DNA of 64,000 nucleotides from Owenia fusiformis (taxonomy: Eukaryota), in the NCBI GenBank assembly GCA_903813345.2, contig CAIIXF020000001.1, positions 39,184,001 through 39,248,000 of the forward strand, given 5' to 3'. The position numbers and the translations under genes are program-made. The first letter of the stretch is position 1. Each line of letters starts with the position of its first letter. Positions 1 to 27,370 of the stretch are shown one piece after another. The notes under the pieces were generated by a model that worked only from the letters and a program-made list of their open reading frames with translations, was not told where the DNA came from and did not search any database.

Positions 1-48
1 ACATTGTGAGCAACTAGGTGGTGACATTTTGTCATGGTAATGCCCTGT
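1..48 (-). mobile_element. End of a HINE-like element (same family as 30642-31320 and 43127-44927), extending out of the window
   Basis: Reverse complement aacagggcattaccatgacaaaatgtcaccacctagttgctcacaat matches the start of the other copies. Confidence 0.7.
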
Positions 49-292
49 TGTATCATGTAACATGTCTGGTATTATCTTACTGAGCACATCTGTCTTTCTG
101 TCTACAGCCAGCTGAGGCTCCGTCCACTGAATATTTTTAAAGTTGAAAATCTGAACTTGTGAGCAGGTTTATGAAATGTGGGTTCAGAAGTGTTGAAACT
201 ACAATCTGTGTTTCAGTTAACATTTTATTAGCTTTGGAAATATTGCATGTTAATTGTCAGCAGTCATTTTGATTTTCACAATAACTCACTAT

Positions 293-1309
293 CACACCCG
301 GTGATCGTGAATATGGGACGGAGGGGGGGAGCAGGCAATTTCTGCTAGGAAATTCAACAAATCTGGAAGATTTATTTTTTCAAGAAAAAGTTTACTATTG
401 AATTGCTTAATGGATAGGCGCACGGTATGGTAGAATATGTTAGGTTTTCTGGGATTTTTTCTGAAACGATACGTATCTAAGGTATGACATCTATTAAAAA
501 AGGCGCGAGGCCATCAACAGGCACAAATCAACGTTTTTGCTATAAATCAAGCAACAATGGCCTGGACGACCTGTAATAAATACTTGTAAGTGATGTTATC
601 ATAACTAAATTAATGTCATTGCTGAATTTATAAAATAAGTTTCCATATGTGAAATAAAAAATAATCGAAAATAATGAATTTGGGACGGAGGGGGGGAGGG
701 GACGGAGGGGGGGAGCAATATGTATATAAGACATGATTAGAGATGTTTCGCGACTTTAAGTTCTTTTACTCCAAATGTCCCCATTTTTCAGTCTCCAGGG
801 GTATATCATCCAGTTTCTTACTAAGTTAATGAGTTCATTTTTCAAATACAAGAATTCGTGTGAAGTTGTTTCACTTTATAGAATTATTACTCCCCCCCTC
901 CGTCCCCTCCCCCCCTCCGTCCCATTTTAATTATTTTCGATTATTTTTTATTTTACGTATGGAAACTTATTTTATAAATTCAGCAATGACATTAATTTAG
1001 TTATGATAACATCACTTACAAGTATTTATTACAGGTCGTGTAGTCCATTGTTGCTTGATTTATAGCAAAAACTTTGACTTTTGCACGTTGGTTGCGTTGC
1101 GCCTTTTTTAATAGATCTTATATCTTAAAAGAGTATCGGTTGAAAAATAATCCCAGAATACCTATATTTTATCATACCGTGCGCTTATTCAATTTGCAAT
1201 TCAATCGTAAACTCTGTCTTGAAAAAATAATTTTACCAGATTTGTTGAATTTTCTAGCGTAAATTGCCTGCTCCCCCCCTCCGTCCCATTTTCACGATCA
1301 CCGGGTGTG
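293..1309. mobile_element. Non-autonomous foldback DNA transposon with CAC..GTG ends and a 5-bp TSD (Transib-like)
   Basis: Arms of ~430 bp starting CACACCCGGTGATCGTGA; ACTAT on both flanks. Confidence 0.85.
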
Positions 1310-1717
1310 ACTATAGCTAAAAATGGTTTCCTTGGATTTCATAAACCAGCCTCTATTAGTGTAGGTGAAATCAAAAAGTTGAGTATAAATATATTACTTT
1401 TTTATGCACATTAAAAATGCCGCCAGCCAATCCGAAATTATATTCAATTATCTTTTCAATACCATTTGTTATCTTGCCACCCTGGCTGGACAGTAGGGAA
1501 AACAACTTCCTGTAACTGTCTATGGAGACAGTTCCTCAGCTGATTTAGACAGGGTTATTCAGTACAATTTATATCAATGAGAATTTAAATATAATTATTC
1601 AAATCAATGAAATTCAATTGGCAACATTCTGCAAGAGTACAACTATGAAATACCAGAACTAAATATTAATCAGACTAATTGTTTTTGAATTTGTTTAAAT
1701 GTCTTTAAATCCAAAGC

Positions 1718-1930
1718 TTAATCATCATTGAAAGTGAGATGCTGTGTTTAATCATCATTGAAAGTGAGATGCTGTGTTTAATCATCATTGAAAGTGAGAT
1801 GCTGTGTTTAATCATCATTGAAAGTGAGATGCTGTGTTTAATCATCATTGAAAGTGAGATGCTGTGTTTAATCATCATTGAAAGTGAGATGCTGTGTTTA
1901 ATCATCATTGAAAGTGAGATGCTATGTTAA
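1718..1930. repeat. 30-bp minisatellite, about 7 near-perfect copies
   Basis: ttaatcatcattgaaagtgagatgctgtgt repeated. Confidence 0.97.
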
Positions 1931-2044
1931 GCTAAAAATTCAATTTCAACTCATGCTTGGTCCAAACTATTAATGATGAACTGGCATGATCAAACCAGAT
2001 AACCATTCCATCATTTAAGTGAATAAATATTGTATATATATGAG

Positions 2045-2650
2045 CATTCTAATATGATACATGATGTCACAATAGGTAGAACAATTGATTTACTGGTCTA
2101 TATTGGAGTATGTATGACCGCTTAAATTCATAAATGCCAATAGTTGTGTTTCTTGTCTGTTTGTCATATTAGAATTATAACAAAGACCTCGATTTTATGA
2201 TTTATGTCAAATATATGACCTCAAATTTTATTCTGGCCGTTGCCAAAAACATCACTTGCTACGCAATTTCGGTCTTTTAACAATGACAATGAACAGAATA
2301 AAATTTTTGGTCATATATTACGCCATAAATCATAAATTCTCAGTCTTTATTCCTTAATTATTTTTGATTCTAATATGATTTGTGACATCACAATAAGTAG
2401 AACGATTGATTTATTGGTCGATATTGGGGCATATATGACTACGTTTATAAAAAGCTGGTTCGTTTATCGTATTAGAATTGTAACAAAGACCTTGATTCTA
2501 TGATTTATGGCAAGTATATGACCTCAAATTTTATTCTGGCCATTGCCAAAGACCTCAATCGCTACGCAATTACGGTGTCTTAACAATGAACACAATTAAA
2601 TTTTCGATCATGTATTACGCCAACAGAATCGAGGTCTTTATTCCTTAATT
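2045..2650. repeat. Diverged tandem duplication (~320 bp x2), each copy holding a small palindromic MITE-like unit
   Basis: attctaatatga..gtcacaata..ttagaatt.taacaaagacct..gtctttattccttaa occurs twice. Confidence 0.7.
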
Positions 2651-5600
2651 CAAATGTCATTCAACCAGTTATTTTAGTACTTCAAGGGAGCTGACAGTAC
2701 AATTGTACAATTAAGTAATGCTTTTCAAATTTAATGTAACTGTGCCTTGAATGAGCCATATTTGTAGGTATTTATGATCCTAAATTACTTTTTTTATTTA
2801 AAATTGTAAATTGTACCATCAATAGACTTTGAAATACTAGTACATTGTATTTTTTCTGTATCGATATTAATACAGTACTTGAAAAAACCGAAGAGAATCT
2901 TTCCTTTACTTCATTTTTTTTTCGGCTTACATTCAGTGGGTGGGATAATTGGCGTTGGAGCAGTTGTTACACTTTTGTAACCATTTATGGATGGTGACAT
3001 TTTGTCAGGCAATGTTTTAGATAAGGTACCCTTTACATTTGTTCGACTTCACTTCTTAAAAGAGAGCTTCGTCTTCACTCTTAATTGGTGTCAGAAGGGG
3101 GGGGGGGGCAGGGGCAGTCGTCCATGACGCCTTTCCCAGAAGTTTTTTAGATTTGGAACCGAGCCTAGAATTGAAAACACTGTCTAGAGCTAATTAATGT
3201 GAAGGTGTATTAATGACAGAAATGACACTATGTCAGTATCTAGTCTACATTAAGCATCGAAGACCCGGGATCGAAGACCCGGGATCGAAGATCTCATTTC
3301 TCATATTTTATTTAATTCTATACCATGTATAGTTTCTCAGAAACCCATGCAGTATGTCATGTGTGTAAATACTTTAAAGAATAAGTGCAAAATGTACATT
3401 TTCATAAAAGTCAAAGTTTTTTAGTCAAAGTCAAGTTCAGTTTTCTAAAAACATAGCCGGCCAGATCCTTTTGTAGTAGGATCAGTAGCTCAATAAATAT
3501 TATTCTTTGAGCCAAGAGATCCTACTGCAAAACGATCTGGCCAACATCTATGTCTAAAAACACAATTTTTTCTTGTTTTTATTTTTGGAAATCTTGTTCT
3601 GAGATATGTTCAGAATGCACCAGAGAGGGTCTAAATTTGAAAATTTTCCGAACCCCCTAGGTTATGCTTCACGCACGGCCCATCCATACCCAAAAGTTGC
3701 CCCCTCCCTTGGCAAATCCTTCTGATGCCCCTGCTCTTTCGGTTTACAATAAATCTCTGATCTCACTGAGCCAATCAGAGTTCATCGTCGAAAGAGGGAC
3801 AACTTTCTATATGGTCATTTACTCTGACATCCTCGCATAGTTAATGAGCATTTATTTAACACATGTTCCTTTGACTTCGCTGATTGGTTGAGAAAGGGTC
3901 AGTGTGGTAGATTTGAAATGATTTATTACCTGGGCTGCCAAAGGCATCTACAGGGCGGGACTGCTTAACTGTAATATGGTCTATACTAGGCAGAGGGTAG
4001 TTTATAACTAGACTCTGCACGCAGGGTATGAATAGGGTGTACCCACTCATAAATTTTTGAGCTTTTTATGTTGCTTGAAGTTCACCAGTTTTTTCCAGCA
4101 TTGCTATTTAAAAAAGAAAATGTTACTTAGTAAAAATATCCTTCCTCCCTAAAAATACCTTTTCTTAGGCAATTGATTCACATTCTATAAGTAAGAAACT
4201 TCATATCAAAGTCTGTTGGTGTTACAAGTTACATGTACATTGCTTTTCATATCATTATGACTTGAAAACATTTTTGCAATTATATTGTATCGAGAATCAC
4301 GAAAATGATTTTGTGATCTAGAACTGGATAATAAACAGACTTTCAAAGTTGCTCTCCATTTGTGTTTTATATTGTAGAAGAAACTTGGAAACAGACCAAA
4401 GCATTTTTAAATATATCACTGTTTTTCAGAAAATTAACTAAAAGGAAATAAATCCAAATCACCATGAAAAAAATACATGTTGATTTATTTTTTCCTGGTT
4501 AGGATTTTCTTTATTATTTTAAGTGGCAACAAAGGAGAATAAACAGTGAAAATTGAATGTTTCCATTTGAATCCTGATGATATATTGATATATTATGCAA
4601 AAATTAAATATCTGATCATATGGAAGTAATTTGGCATATAATACTCAGGAATTCAGAAATAATCTTGATTTATGTCATTTCAGTCAAACTGATGTCATAT
4701 TTGGAATCTACATGTAAACTAATACATCAAGAAATGTGGTTTTGAAGAGTTTATCATCTTTGAAAATTTAATTTTCTTTGAAAAAAATAGACTTCTAGGT
4801 CGGGGAGATTTCCCATAGACCCCATGTTGTAAAATCAAAAAAGTGAAATATCTTTTCTTGTGTGTTGGGCAGATATTTTCTTTTACTGGACATATTTTAA
4901 TTTGCATAACTATCAGAATACATAAGGGTAATATGAAAAGTGAACCACTAAAACTGATGATTATTCAATTTTAAGGGAACTTTGTAATACCCTGCCATAT
5001 TATTTCCCCCAAATTAGCCACCTGGTGGCAAAACTGGTAACTACCTACTGTCTTACATCTGAGTAATTGAAAAAGGCATCAAAGTTACCTTATAGTTTGC
5101 TTTGTTTAAATTTATTGCTAAATACCCTTAAAATCAAACATCATGATTTGATTGAATTTGTTGAATTTTACTCTCGAAAGAAGGGTTGGGATGGCAGAGT
5201 TACTCTCAACTTGTCACTATAACCTATTTGTCTTGGTAATGTTGGTTGGCCCCTTAATTCAAGGCATTGAACGATATCTAAAAGAGTTTATCTAAAGTAG
5301 ATCTACATATTGTTTCTACAGATTTAATATTTGCATGGGCAATCTCATTTCCCCAGTCATGAATAGAGTAACAGATATTTGGAACCCAATAACACTGAAA
5401 ACAGCAATCCCTTCAGTATCATTTTGTTAAGAACCTTTGGAATTCTGAAAACTTAAAATAGAACATTTGAAATCAAAATAAGCTTCAATGTAAAACATGT
5501 AATATTCATTCAGTTTTCTGGCAAAGTATGTCACAGATTTTTTCTAAAATGACGAATTTTCATGAAATTGGGAATTTTGACATTTACAGGGTTTTTATTT

Positions 5601-5771
5601 TAAGATGTACATGTAATGATAAGAAATGGTAACTATTAAAATTGGCAATTTGTAAATATATGAAGTTAGATACTTTCTATCTACAGGTGTCTCTTTCAAT
5701 TAACTGACCTCAATATATGGGCCTATTATACACAAACAAGAATAATTCAGATACTTTTCACATATAAACAT

Positions 5772-5777
5772 TTTATT
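5772..5777 (-). promoter_or_regulatory. Candidate polyadenylation signal (AATAAA) of the zinc-finger gene, implying a ~1.05-kb 3' UTR
   Basis: tttatt on the plus strand ~1.05 kb past the stop; such hexamers are common in AT-rich DNA. Confidence 0.35.
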
Positions 5778-6828
5778 TATATAATTTCATCACAGACAAA
5801 TAGTCAAAGTCTACTAATAAACATCTATTAATCAACATTTCTTAAACATTCTAAAGTATACAGATCAAAACTAGAATAAAGAAACTCCAAGCAAGGAGTA
5901 CCATATCTCAAATCATTGCCAAAGACATCAGATTAAATCCTAATAACTAGTCTGACAGGTATTCTATAAAAAAACATCATTTCAAATATGATACAGCAAA
6001 AACTATTGTATATACAATGTACAAACCACACCCAGTGATCAGAAAAAATGAAAGAAATTTTCTGGCAGAAGTCGCCATATCCCCCTCTGTCTGATCACTG
6101 GGTATGCAAGTGAGAAAAACAAATGTTGGCCAAACCAGTAAAAAATGGCAGCCAGCCAGCAGCCAGTCATTTACCCCTTATGATTCTACAACATGTAAAA
6201 TCATTTCCAATATCTTCTATTTTCATAGTAGACATGAAAAAATCAAATGAATATATTTTGTAATAATAACGTTCAATCCAAGGCATTACATGCCAATGTC
6301 ACCACATGTAAATCTCATCATATTTCCTTATGCACTCTTTACTCCTGTCCACACCATTTCTAATGAAAATAACACAACAACACACAGGATACACAATATC
6401 GCACCCTTGAATGGAATACACTTTTTGGATGGAAGATCAAAATCAGCCACCTTAACATTTTCCCATGCCAAAAATCTAATCAGTTTTAGATTTTCATACA
6501 AAGAAACATCCCTGAAAATTTGAAATCAGTCTGTAAAACGGTTTTCCTAGAAGTGTCTAGACAAACTTTACCAGACAAAAAATGGCCACCTTAACATTTA
6601 TGCCTGGCAAAATGATCTCAATATAGCACGACCCAAGGGTCTGATAAAAAACATCTTAAGATATAAATGTATAACATTATATTAATTTAAATTGCCATTA
6701 TGTACAAATGCCAGTCGATTATCTTTAAGCTTCCATCAAGCTTTCTAATGCATGAAACGGTCACAAAAATATTTGTATATAATGAATCAATGTAAATGAA
6801 GTTATATATACAATGTATATCACACAAG

Positions 6829-19624
<12,796 letters not shown>

Positions 19625-19997
19625 CTGAAAATTCAAGGCAAAAGTTTAGGAAGAAATTTGAAATTAGAGGTTATCAAAAGATCGAAGAAAGATGTGTAAT
19701 CATATGATATTAGTAATTCACACCCCCTGAACACTAATATGCAATGGGATATCCCAAATCTTCAAAATATAGGACCATCAAATAGAGCACCTGTGGTACT
19801 AGAGATAACGCCTCAACCACAATTGGAACAAAATACAACTCAAATCTCTGAACCAAAAACAACCAAAACTAGTGTAAGGTGATATCCATCTAGAATGTGA
19901 AAACCACCTACTAATAACTAAATCTATAAACTAGTGTGAAAAAGGGTCAATAAATACATGTACTAATATATTGAGTTCACTTATTAATATTCTCTGT

Positions 19998-20166
19998 CAT
20001 GGGCGTAGCGCCCGGTACGCTGGGTACGCACAGGCGTACCAGATGGTTGCAAATTCGCTCCAAATACAACCAAATTTCAAACCCCCAGACCCCCCTGAAT
20101 GCTTGTTTTTTATTCACTCAACTCTTGTTCCTGTGGTGGTGGCTTACTAATAGCGCTACGCCCATG
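19998..20166. mobile_element. Small MITE with CATGGGCGTAGCG TIRs
   Basis: 13-bp perfect TIR; TCTGT on both flanks; a related terminus near 63885. Confidence 0.65.
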
Positions 20167-20299
20167 TCTGTGAAAAGAAATGTATCTTTGCAACAATGTA
20201 ATGTATACTGGTTATTATTCACAACTTAAAGAGAATTATATTACTGTGAAAAGAAATGTATCTTTGCAACAAGTAATGTCAAGTGATGTACGAGTATAC

Positions 20300-20663
20300 T
20301 AGGGGACGTTCTTGTACCATTCATAGTAACGAATGTTCGCAATTCGTAAATTTATTAATATTCAGAAATAATTTAAAAGTTACGAATGAGTTATGAATTC
20401 ATAAATTTGTGAATGGACCATTTCTGTACACATTCGTAAGTCATTCATAATTTTTCAATTGTTTAGAGGTAAGTTTACGAATGAGTTGACGTCATATTAC
20501 ACTGTTGTCAGGACAGGTACTATAGATAGTACAAGAAACGAGTTTTAATAAAATAACGTAATAATAGTCATACGATAAGTAAATCTATGTAATATGTAAA
20601 TCTGGCTATTAACAGTGGTCTTACGAACAATTGCTACTACAAACGGTATAAGAACGGGCCCCT
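20300..20663. mobile_element. MITE with GGGG.C.GTTCTT.TACC TIRs and internal tt(a/c)cgaa-like motifs
   Basis: aggggacgttcttgtacc ... ggtataagaacgggcccct. Confidence 0.55.
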
Positions 20664-20829
20664 GGTTATCATTCACAGTTTGAGAGAATCATTTGAACTT
20701 TAAATACCCTAAATTCTATTTGTATATAGTATACATCGCATGACAGTATGAGATGTAACTTGTGTAAATGGAGTTAACAATAGCTAATCCCTACCCCTTG
20801 GGTGGACCCAGAAGAAAAAAATGCCGAAG

Positions 20830-21707
20830 CACGCCCGGTGATCGTGAAAATGGGACGGAGGGGGAGCAAGCAATTTCTGGTAGAAAAATGAACAAATCTG
20901 CAAAAATTATTTTTCAATAAAAGGTTTATGATTTAATTGCTAAACGAATAGGCGCACGGTATGGTAAAATATGTCACGTATTCTACGAATTTTTTTTAGC
21001 CGATTCTCTTCTTAGGTATAAGATCTATTAAAAAAGGCGCAAAGCCACCAACGTGCAAAAGTCAATGTTTTTGCTTTAAATCAAGCATCAACGGTCTACA
21101 CAACCTGCAATAAATATTTGTAAGTGACATTATCATCATAAAATTAATGACCTTAATGACTTTACAAAATATGTTTCCATACGTTGTATAAAAAATAATA
21201 AAAAATAATTAAAATGGGACGGAGGGGGGGGGGATGGAGGGGGGGAGCAATATGTCTATACGACATGATGAGAGATGTTTCTTCACTTTATATTCAAATT
21301 TTCCCATTTTCTCCTCAATTACAATGGGTTAGGAATTGATAACAAGTTGTATTCGTAGTTAGATTTATTTATGATTATCAAAATCTTGGAGGAGAGCGTT
21401 TATCATTTTATGTGTATAATAGTTTTTATTTTTGAAGACTTATCATAAAAATGTAGACATCGCATCATATTTCTATTTGGACATGCAAGTTTTCGAGTAA
21501 GCAGTTACTAAAGTTGTTTCATTATTAACCTCGCTACCAGATATCTAGTATATGTTAATATTTTTGATTATGTTGGTCTTCAGCAGATGTAGAATTTAGA
21601 CTAAACAATCTGCCAGGAAGTTTACGATTTTTGCAGATTTGTTCATTTTTCTACCAGAAATTGCTTGCTCCCCGCCCTCCGTCCCATTTTCACGATCACC
21701 GGGCGTG
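20830..21707. mobile_element. Second CAC..GTG element of the 293-1309 family (full left arm, short right TIR)
   Basis: CACGCCCGGTGATCGTGAAAATGGGACGGAGGG TIRs; flanks CGAAG/AGAAG. Confidence 0.85.
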
Positions 21708-22562
21708 AGAAGTACTCGTTGCCATAAGTCGCACCCTCAAAACCCGGGTTTACTGCCGTCATCCAAATCCGCCTTTGCAATAATGTGAACGGTTAATAAT
21801 TAGACTCGTTCGTGTTATTTTCGGGAGTTTTCAAACCTGGATTTAATTGTTTTTATTAGAAGGGTTCCTCATTATCAATTGTAATGTGTAAGATTCTATC
21901 CCAGACAGACACAATAGAAATTGCAACACTGGAGGATGGTAATAGGGTGGAATTGTATTTATTAAATCAAATATTATTCATATATATGAATAAAAATAAA
22001 TTTGTTTCAAGTTCCTCATCTTTATTTTTTGTTTTAGTAGCCGTTGTACTGATATATTATCTTAGTCAAAATAGAGAACGAACGAGTATAAGGGGTCTTC
22101 TAGCTTTGCACATTTTAGACCAGTCATAATACGTAACTATTTCCAATATGTTTAACATCTAAAATACCAAGGAATCTATTGAAATAGGTATCTTAAGTGT
22201 AAGAAGCGTAGAAAATTCTCCCATGTTGTAATCGTACAGGCAAAAGAATGCTCTCACTGCAGGACTATAGTCCTGGTACAGGTACCCCCATAAATGTGGG
22301 GTTATTTTGAGGATTTTTAATATTTGAGAAGCAAATGTCTGAAATATCAAAAAACCTCAAAATAACCCCACATTTATGGGGGTAGGTACGGGATAAGGAT
22401 TTTCTATCACCATTTCCTAAATGGTCGTCTGAAAGCCCATAGTTTCCAATATTGTCTTGATACATATCCCTTAAAATTTGTAAATTCACATTTTGTATAA
22501 TTTCATCTACTGATGTATGGCCTCTTGAAAATTCTCTTATTTTTACATGGGAAATCCTCAAC

Positions 22563-24045
22563 TAAGATTTTCGCCAGCTAAAATGTCACTCGACTTTTTT
22601 GCAAAAAACCTTCCAAAAAGTAACAGTCGCATTAATATACATTGTCGTACTTACAAAATGATCCACCGCCTAACTTATGCACCATTGAACTCGGTAATAT
22701 TGTACACGTAACTATTAATTACCGTATATTCCCATAGAAAACTGGGCTTGCTTTTCAACATTTCAAGCGAAAATTCTCTACGGAGCTTTTGTTTTTCTGA
22801 CGTTATTTCTGACGTAATTTCGGAAAATCGGTAACGTGATAGGTTCAGTTCATCTTATTTCGAAAGGGGTGTCATCTATTTAGAATATTTATTTTCATCT
22901 TGTTCAGTCCTATATACAACCTGCCCTTATCCTTTTCGCTTGTAAAACCGCGTAGTAATGTTGAAATTATGGAATAGATTCTGAGAGTGGCGACATGTCG
23001 GCATCTCTACCATCTTGTGTTTGACACCCCTTGTTTTGGGCGAGTCCAAGTAAACCGCACATCCGGGTGATTAGAAAATAGACATTTTTCAAGAAAATTC
23101 GAGCGGTGAGACAGATTACTCTGGTCAAACTGAGTTTTGTTTTGGGCGAGTCCAAGTAAACCGCACATCCGGGTGATTAGAAAATAGACATTTTTCAAGA
23201 AAATTTGAGCGGTGAGATAGATTACTCTGGTCAAACTGAGTTTTTGACGAAACTTATGAAAGAATCAATAAAAGGTAGAGTCAGTACGTCTATTTCCAAA
23301 CACCCCCATCAAAAAATGTAGTTAGCTTGGCTGTACTGCACATCTATGCTATGATTCTATATATATTATGTGTATTATCCACTGTAGAATGCATTTGCAG
23401 AAAAAATTACGAAAAATTGTAAAAAATATCTGGGTTATTCCATTTTTACTACAAGGTATTTTAGGGGGGTAATTCCGAACAGGAGTTTTTTTGGGGGGTA
23501 AATCCGAACACTTGCATGGGGGCAATTCCAAACACTTAACTTAAACTTAATTGTTTTAATTATTAGATTGATGGTATATCATTATATGATACCCTTAACT
23601 TATGATACTGGATCCTCTCATTCCTGCATATCAAGAAACCCAAATTTAAATCATTTATTACTGACATCTATTTATTTAAACGCACAGAGTTTGTGGGGGT
23701 AATTCCAAACACTAGCATGGGGGTAATTCCGAACACCTAAATCATCATAATTGATTATTTTATTGTAAGATTGTTGGTATGCATCATTATATTGTATCTT
23801 TCAGGCTGTAAATATTATGTAGAGGTAGTAGATGTACTATTATTCAATTCAATGATCTGCTTGCCATTATTTGGAACCCGTTCGTGTTTACCCCCCTGTT
23901 TGGATTTGGACGCATTGACTCTAAGTGATATACATTAGACGGATGCCAAAAATTAAACATGGAGCCAATTTGAAACTTCAGAATGCCTTCTGTGATTCAA
24001 AATCACAAAAAAAGTCGAGTGACATTTTAGCTGGCGAAAATCTTA
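22563..24045. mobile_element. Non-autonomous DNA transposon, ~1.48 kb, ~38-bp TIRs, with an internal ~106-bp duplication (23031-23245)
   Basis: taagattttcgccagctaaaatgtcactcgactttttt at the left and its exact reverse complement at the right. Confidence 0.8.
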
Positions 24046-24289
24046 CAAACAAACTGTAGGCTCTGAGTGAAGGGAGACTAGATCTACTTCCCATTCATTG
24101 CCTATCACGCAGTGGCTACAGTACCCCATACGTTAACCAAGGTTGGTATACAACCCCTAGCATTCGTTATGTGCAATCATGCCCCCATATCTTAGTAAGG
24201 TACACAACGGACGAACTAATTTTGAGATATCAGCCAAAGATGAAGAGTTGACTGAGTTCTCCTGAGTTCCGTGCAACACTGGACGAAAA

Positions 24290-24560
24290 ATAAAATGGCG
24301 GTCCGGGAAAGTTAAAAATATTTATCTTATTTCTTGCTCAATATCGCATTTATTGATAAAATGTGTGATCAGTTTGAAGCTTGAGTAGCCAAAGATATAA
24401 GTTACATCAGAGAAACATGAATTTAACTCTACAGAAATAAGCTAAGACGAAAACGATAGATATATCAAAACCTCACCTTGACGCCAGCCTCGTTTTGGAA
24501 GTAGGGGAAGTGTCACGTGAACAAAGGAGTAAATTTCCCAGGGTTCTCCTTCATCAATCG
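24290..24560 (-). promoter_or_regulatory. Candidate promoter / non-coding first exon of the zinc-finger gene
   Basis: Locally CpG-richer; strong minus-strand donor AAG|GTGAGG at 24477; E-box GTCACGTG near 24512; YY1-like AAAATGGCGG near 24292. Confidence 0.3.
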
Positions 24561-27002
24561 ATGGCCAGCAGCGCAGTTCGGTAAATGGAGTATCTAGGTT
24601 CATTCATGGGCTTTTTAAAAGTCCACGGTTCAATCATTGATATTATCAACATTCTGTCGTTGAGACTTAATTATTACTAAATGGAATGATTGTGCTGACT
24701 GTTATGATTCGGTTGCTAAATCGGTAAATGGCCTCTGTAGAAGTCCATGGTTGTTCTAAACTAAATGGTTGTGTTAAAGGCTTTCCCCCGGGGCTTCCTA
24801 TGATGGTTTCCAAGAGAATAATTGTGTGTTGTGTCCCGTGTGTCATAACTGACTGTAAATAGGATTGATGGTCCACGACGTGCTGAATATTTTGTTACGG
24901 GTTTGTCCGGGCACCTCAGTATACCGACGCGTAGCCTATTATCATGGCCGAAATTAAACCCATTATACCGACTCGCATTGTGCCGAAAACCAACATAAAT
25001 GTATATCGATGCGCGTTGTACCGAAATCCGTGCCAGTGGGCCAGGGCCAGTGGGACGGCACATTGCCTTAACACCATCAGATGGCACTTCTGCGTAAGAC
25101 TATATTTTTACAGCGGGAATTTCAAGTTTTTGTCAGTGCAGACATAAAAAGTTGCGGTCCTCATACTCGCGCGTTTTTCATTTCATTTGAAACTCTCAAG
25201 AACGGTGCTTTGAATCTAGCTCTATAACTTACTCTTTCAAAACTTCATGTAAGCTTAGACACATGATTATGTACACTACACGGATAAAGCACAGTAACAT
25301 TATATAGGCATAGAATAATAAAAGTGGAGCCTGAAAAGTCAAATATGGTGCTATGTTGAAAAGCCAAAAGAAATTATACTGTATCAGCATATAAAATAGA
25401 TAGTTTATATATTACTTTATCATACACCTTGGTTCAAATTAATTATAAGCCTACATGATTTTTTTCATTGAACAGACAAGTCTTTTTTATTTACTTCCAC
25501 AATATTTTAACTTTTAACTTTTTAATATGAGACTGGATGTTAATCTGTTTTTTATATAGGCCTTTTCATATTCAATTAAAAGTTTATCGCGCAAAGACAT
25601 ATTTTCAGATAAAGCTTAATTTAAAATCTTTGAACATCTTTACATCTCAGTTGCAGCCAGATTGATGCTAGGCGTTTCGGATTGAGGGGTCGTCTCAACA
25701 AACTTAATTCCAGTTAACCATCAATTTCTGTATTTCATAGAGAATAAAGTCATAATTCTGTTATTTATGGTTTGATTATGGTAAACCCTGAACTTCATAA
25801 AATATATTTAACTGTGGTAAATTCTGTATTCAATGAAGTAAACATTTATTTATAAATTATAGATAATTGTGCTCATTAAGTGTTAAGTTTCACATTTCTT
25901 ATTGAACTTGATAATTACTGATCTTGTGCTGATGGGAAAATTGTTGTCATGGAGAGAGAGCAAGATATGTTGTCATGGAGATAGTAAGAAACGCATTCAT
26001 TTATTTTACTTTAAATCTTTCCAAATCCAAGTGTGATTTTCATCAATGTGTGCCTCAATGATCCCATTAGTTCTGAAGTCATTTCATTTTCTAACCATTT
26101 CACAAACATTTCTTTTCATAAAATACTTCTAAATTGGCAACATTTCCATGTTTAAATTGCTTATACAGTTTTTGGCTGTATATATATATTATCTCTATCA
26201 TCAGTTTTCATCAGTTTTCATTTCACAAACGAAATATAAATTATTTTGCCCAATATTTCAGTTTCATTATTTTGAAACATTGAATACATGTTTTAATTGG
26301 CAGTTTAAAGTGGTGCTCATTAACTAAGTCCAATATTCAGCGTCCCTTTAATATCTATTTAGGGGCAAATCGATACTAGGCTTAGCAGGTCATTTGATTC
26401 TCAATTTGATTTTGATTTGAATTGATTCTTGATTGGGACCCATAGGGACTTTGCCCCACCGTTCTTGGTTGAGTTTAAGTCATGGCTCTAATTGGTACAA
26501 AAATTAAGCTGCCCACGAAAGCTTTTTTCTCCGGGGCCTTGCCATAACTAACGAAAACAATGGTGTGTACATTTCTGGATTATTTCCGGTGTTTCCTTTT
26601 GTCGCTACCTCATTTCTCAAAGTATCCATGCCAATTTCTTGACTCAGTTGAAAGCCCATGGTCCAATCAACCGTACCTCCTTATCTTAGGATGACCGCAC
26701 AAAATGATAGAGCGTGGGAACGGTCCGACTGTGCCAAATGCTACGGATATTCCAGCTATGTGTTTTGTGTTTTCAAGTGTTATTTTATATATGTCCGACA
26801 AATCGAATTATGGTTTTGATACTATCTAGAGGCATACTGTTTAACCAGTGTAATACCTTGATGGATCAAGATGATGTAGATGTATTTAATAGTATATAGA
26901 TGTATCGTTCATTCATTTGACCAATAAAAATCATAACTGCCTGGAAAGTACTAACTAGTATGTAAATAAATGAATAAAACGTTAAATTAAGAAGCAAAAG
27001 TC

Positions 27003-27370
27003 TTTTTCTGTGTCACTGCGAATGGCATGATTTCCTCGAGTCTCTTCGGTTGCAAGGCAACCATACTGGGACCAATTCGCGTCGTTCCACTACTGCCCTT
27101 GGTGGGGGCCCGCTACCATACTATATGTCTCCCGGAGTTTACTAAAGCACGTTAGTGGAGGAACCAACCACAGTCTCACAATCTGTCTCCGGCAAGAGCG
27201 GCCAGAGAACCAACCCATGCCAAGGGCCGGTAAACGGTTGGACCTTCGGACCGGGTGTCCGTAGTGACAATGATCAACAACTCCGTACCTGGGGCTCGAA
27301 CGCGGGACCTCCGTAGCCCACGACGTTCAACCGCAAAGAAGCCTCAGTCTACGCCACTAGGCTACCCTGC
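27003..27370 (-). mobile_element. tRNA-derived SINE-like element
   Basis: Minus-strand A box TAGCCTAGTGG and B box GTTCGAGCC; GC-rich body; short A tail. Confidence 0.65.

Noticed and set aside
1705..1930. Repetitive ORFs on both strands; superficially CRISPR-like periodicity
   Set aside because: Pure 30-bp tandem repeat with no spacers, in eukaryotic context
22655..22850. Possible first exon of the zinc-finger gene (GTAAGT donor at 22654, upstream ATG)
   Set aside because: Lies inside the 22563-24045 TIR element, and its ATG is out of frame with the next exon
24667..25147. Short overlapping ORFs in a CpG-richer patch
   Set aside because: No recognisable domain or splice pattern; likely repeat-derived or regulatory DNA
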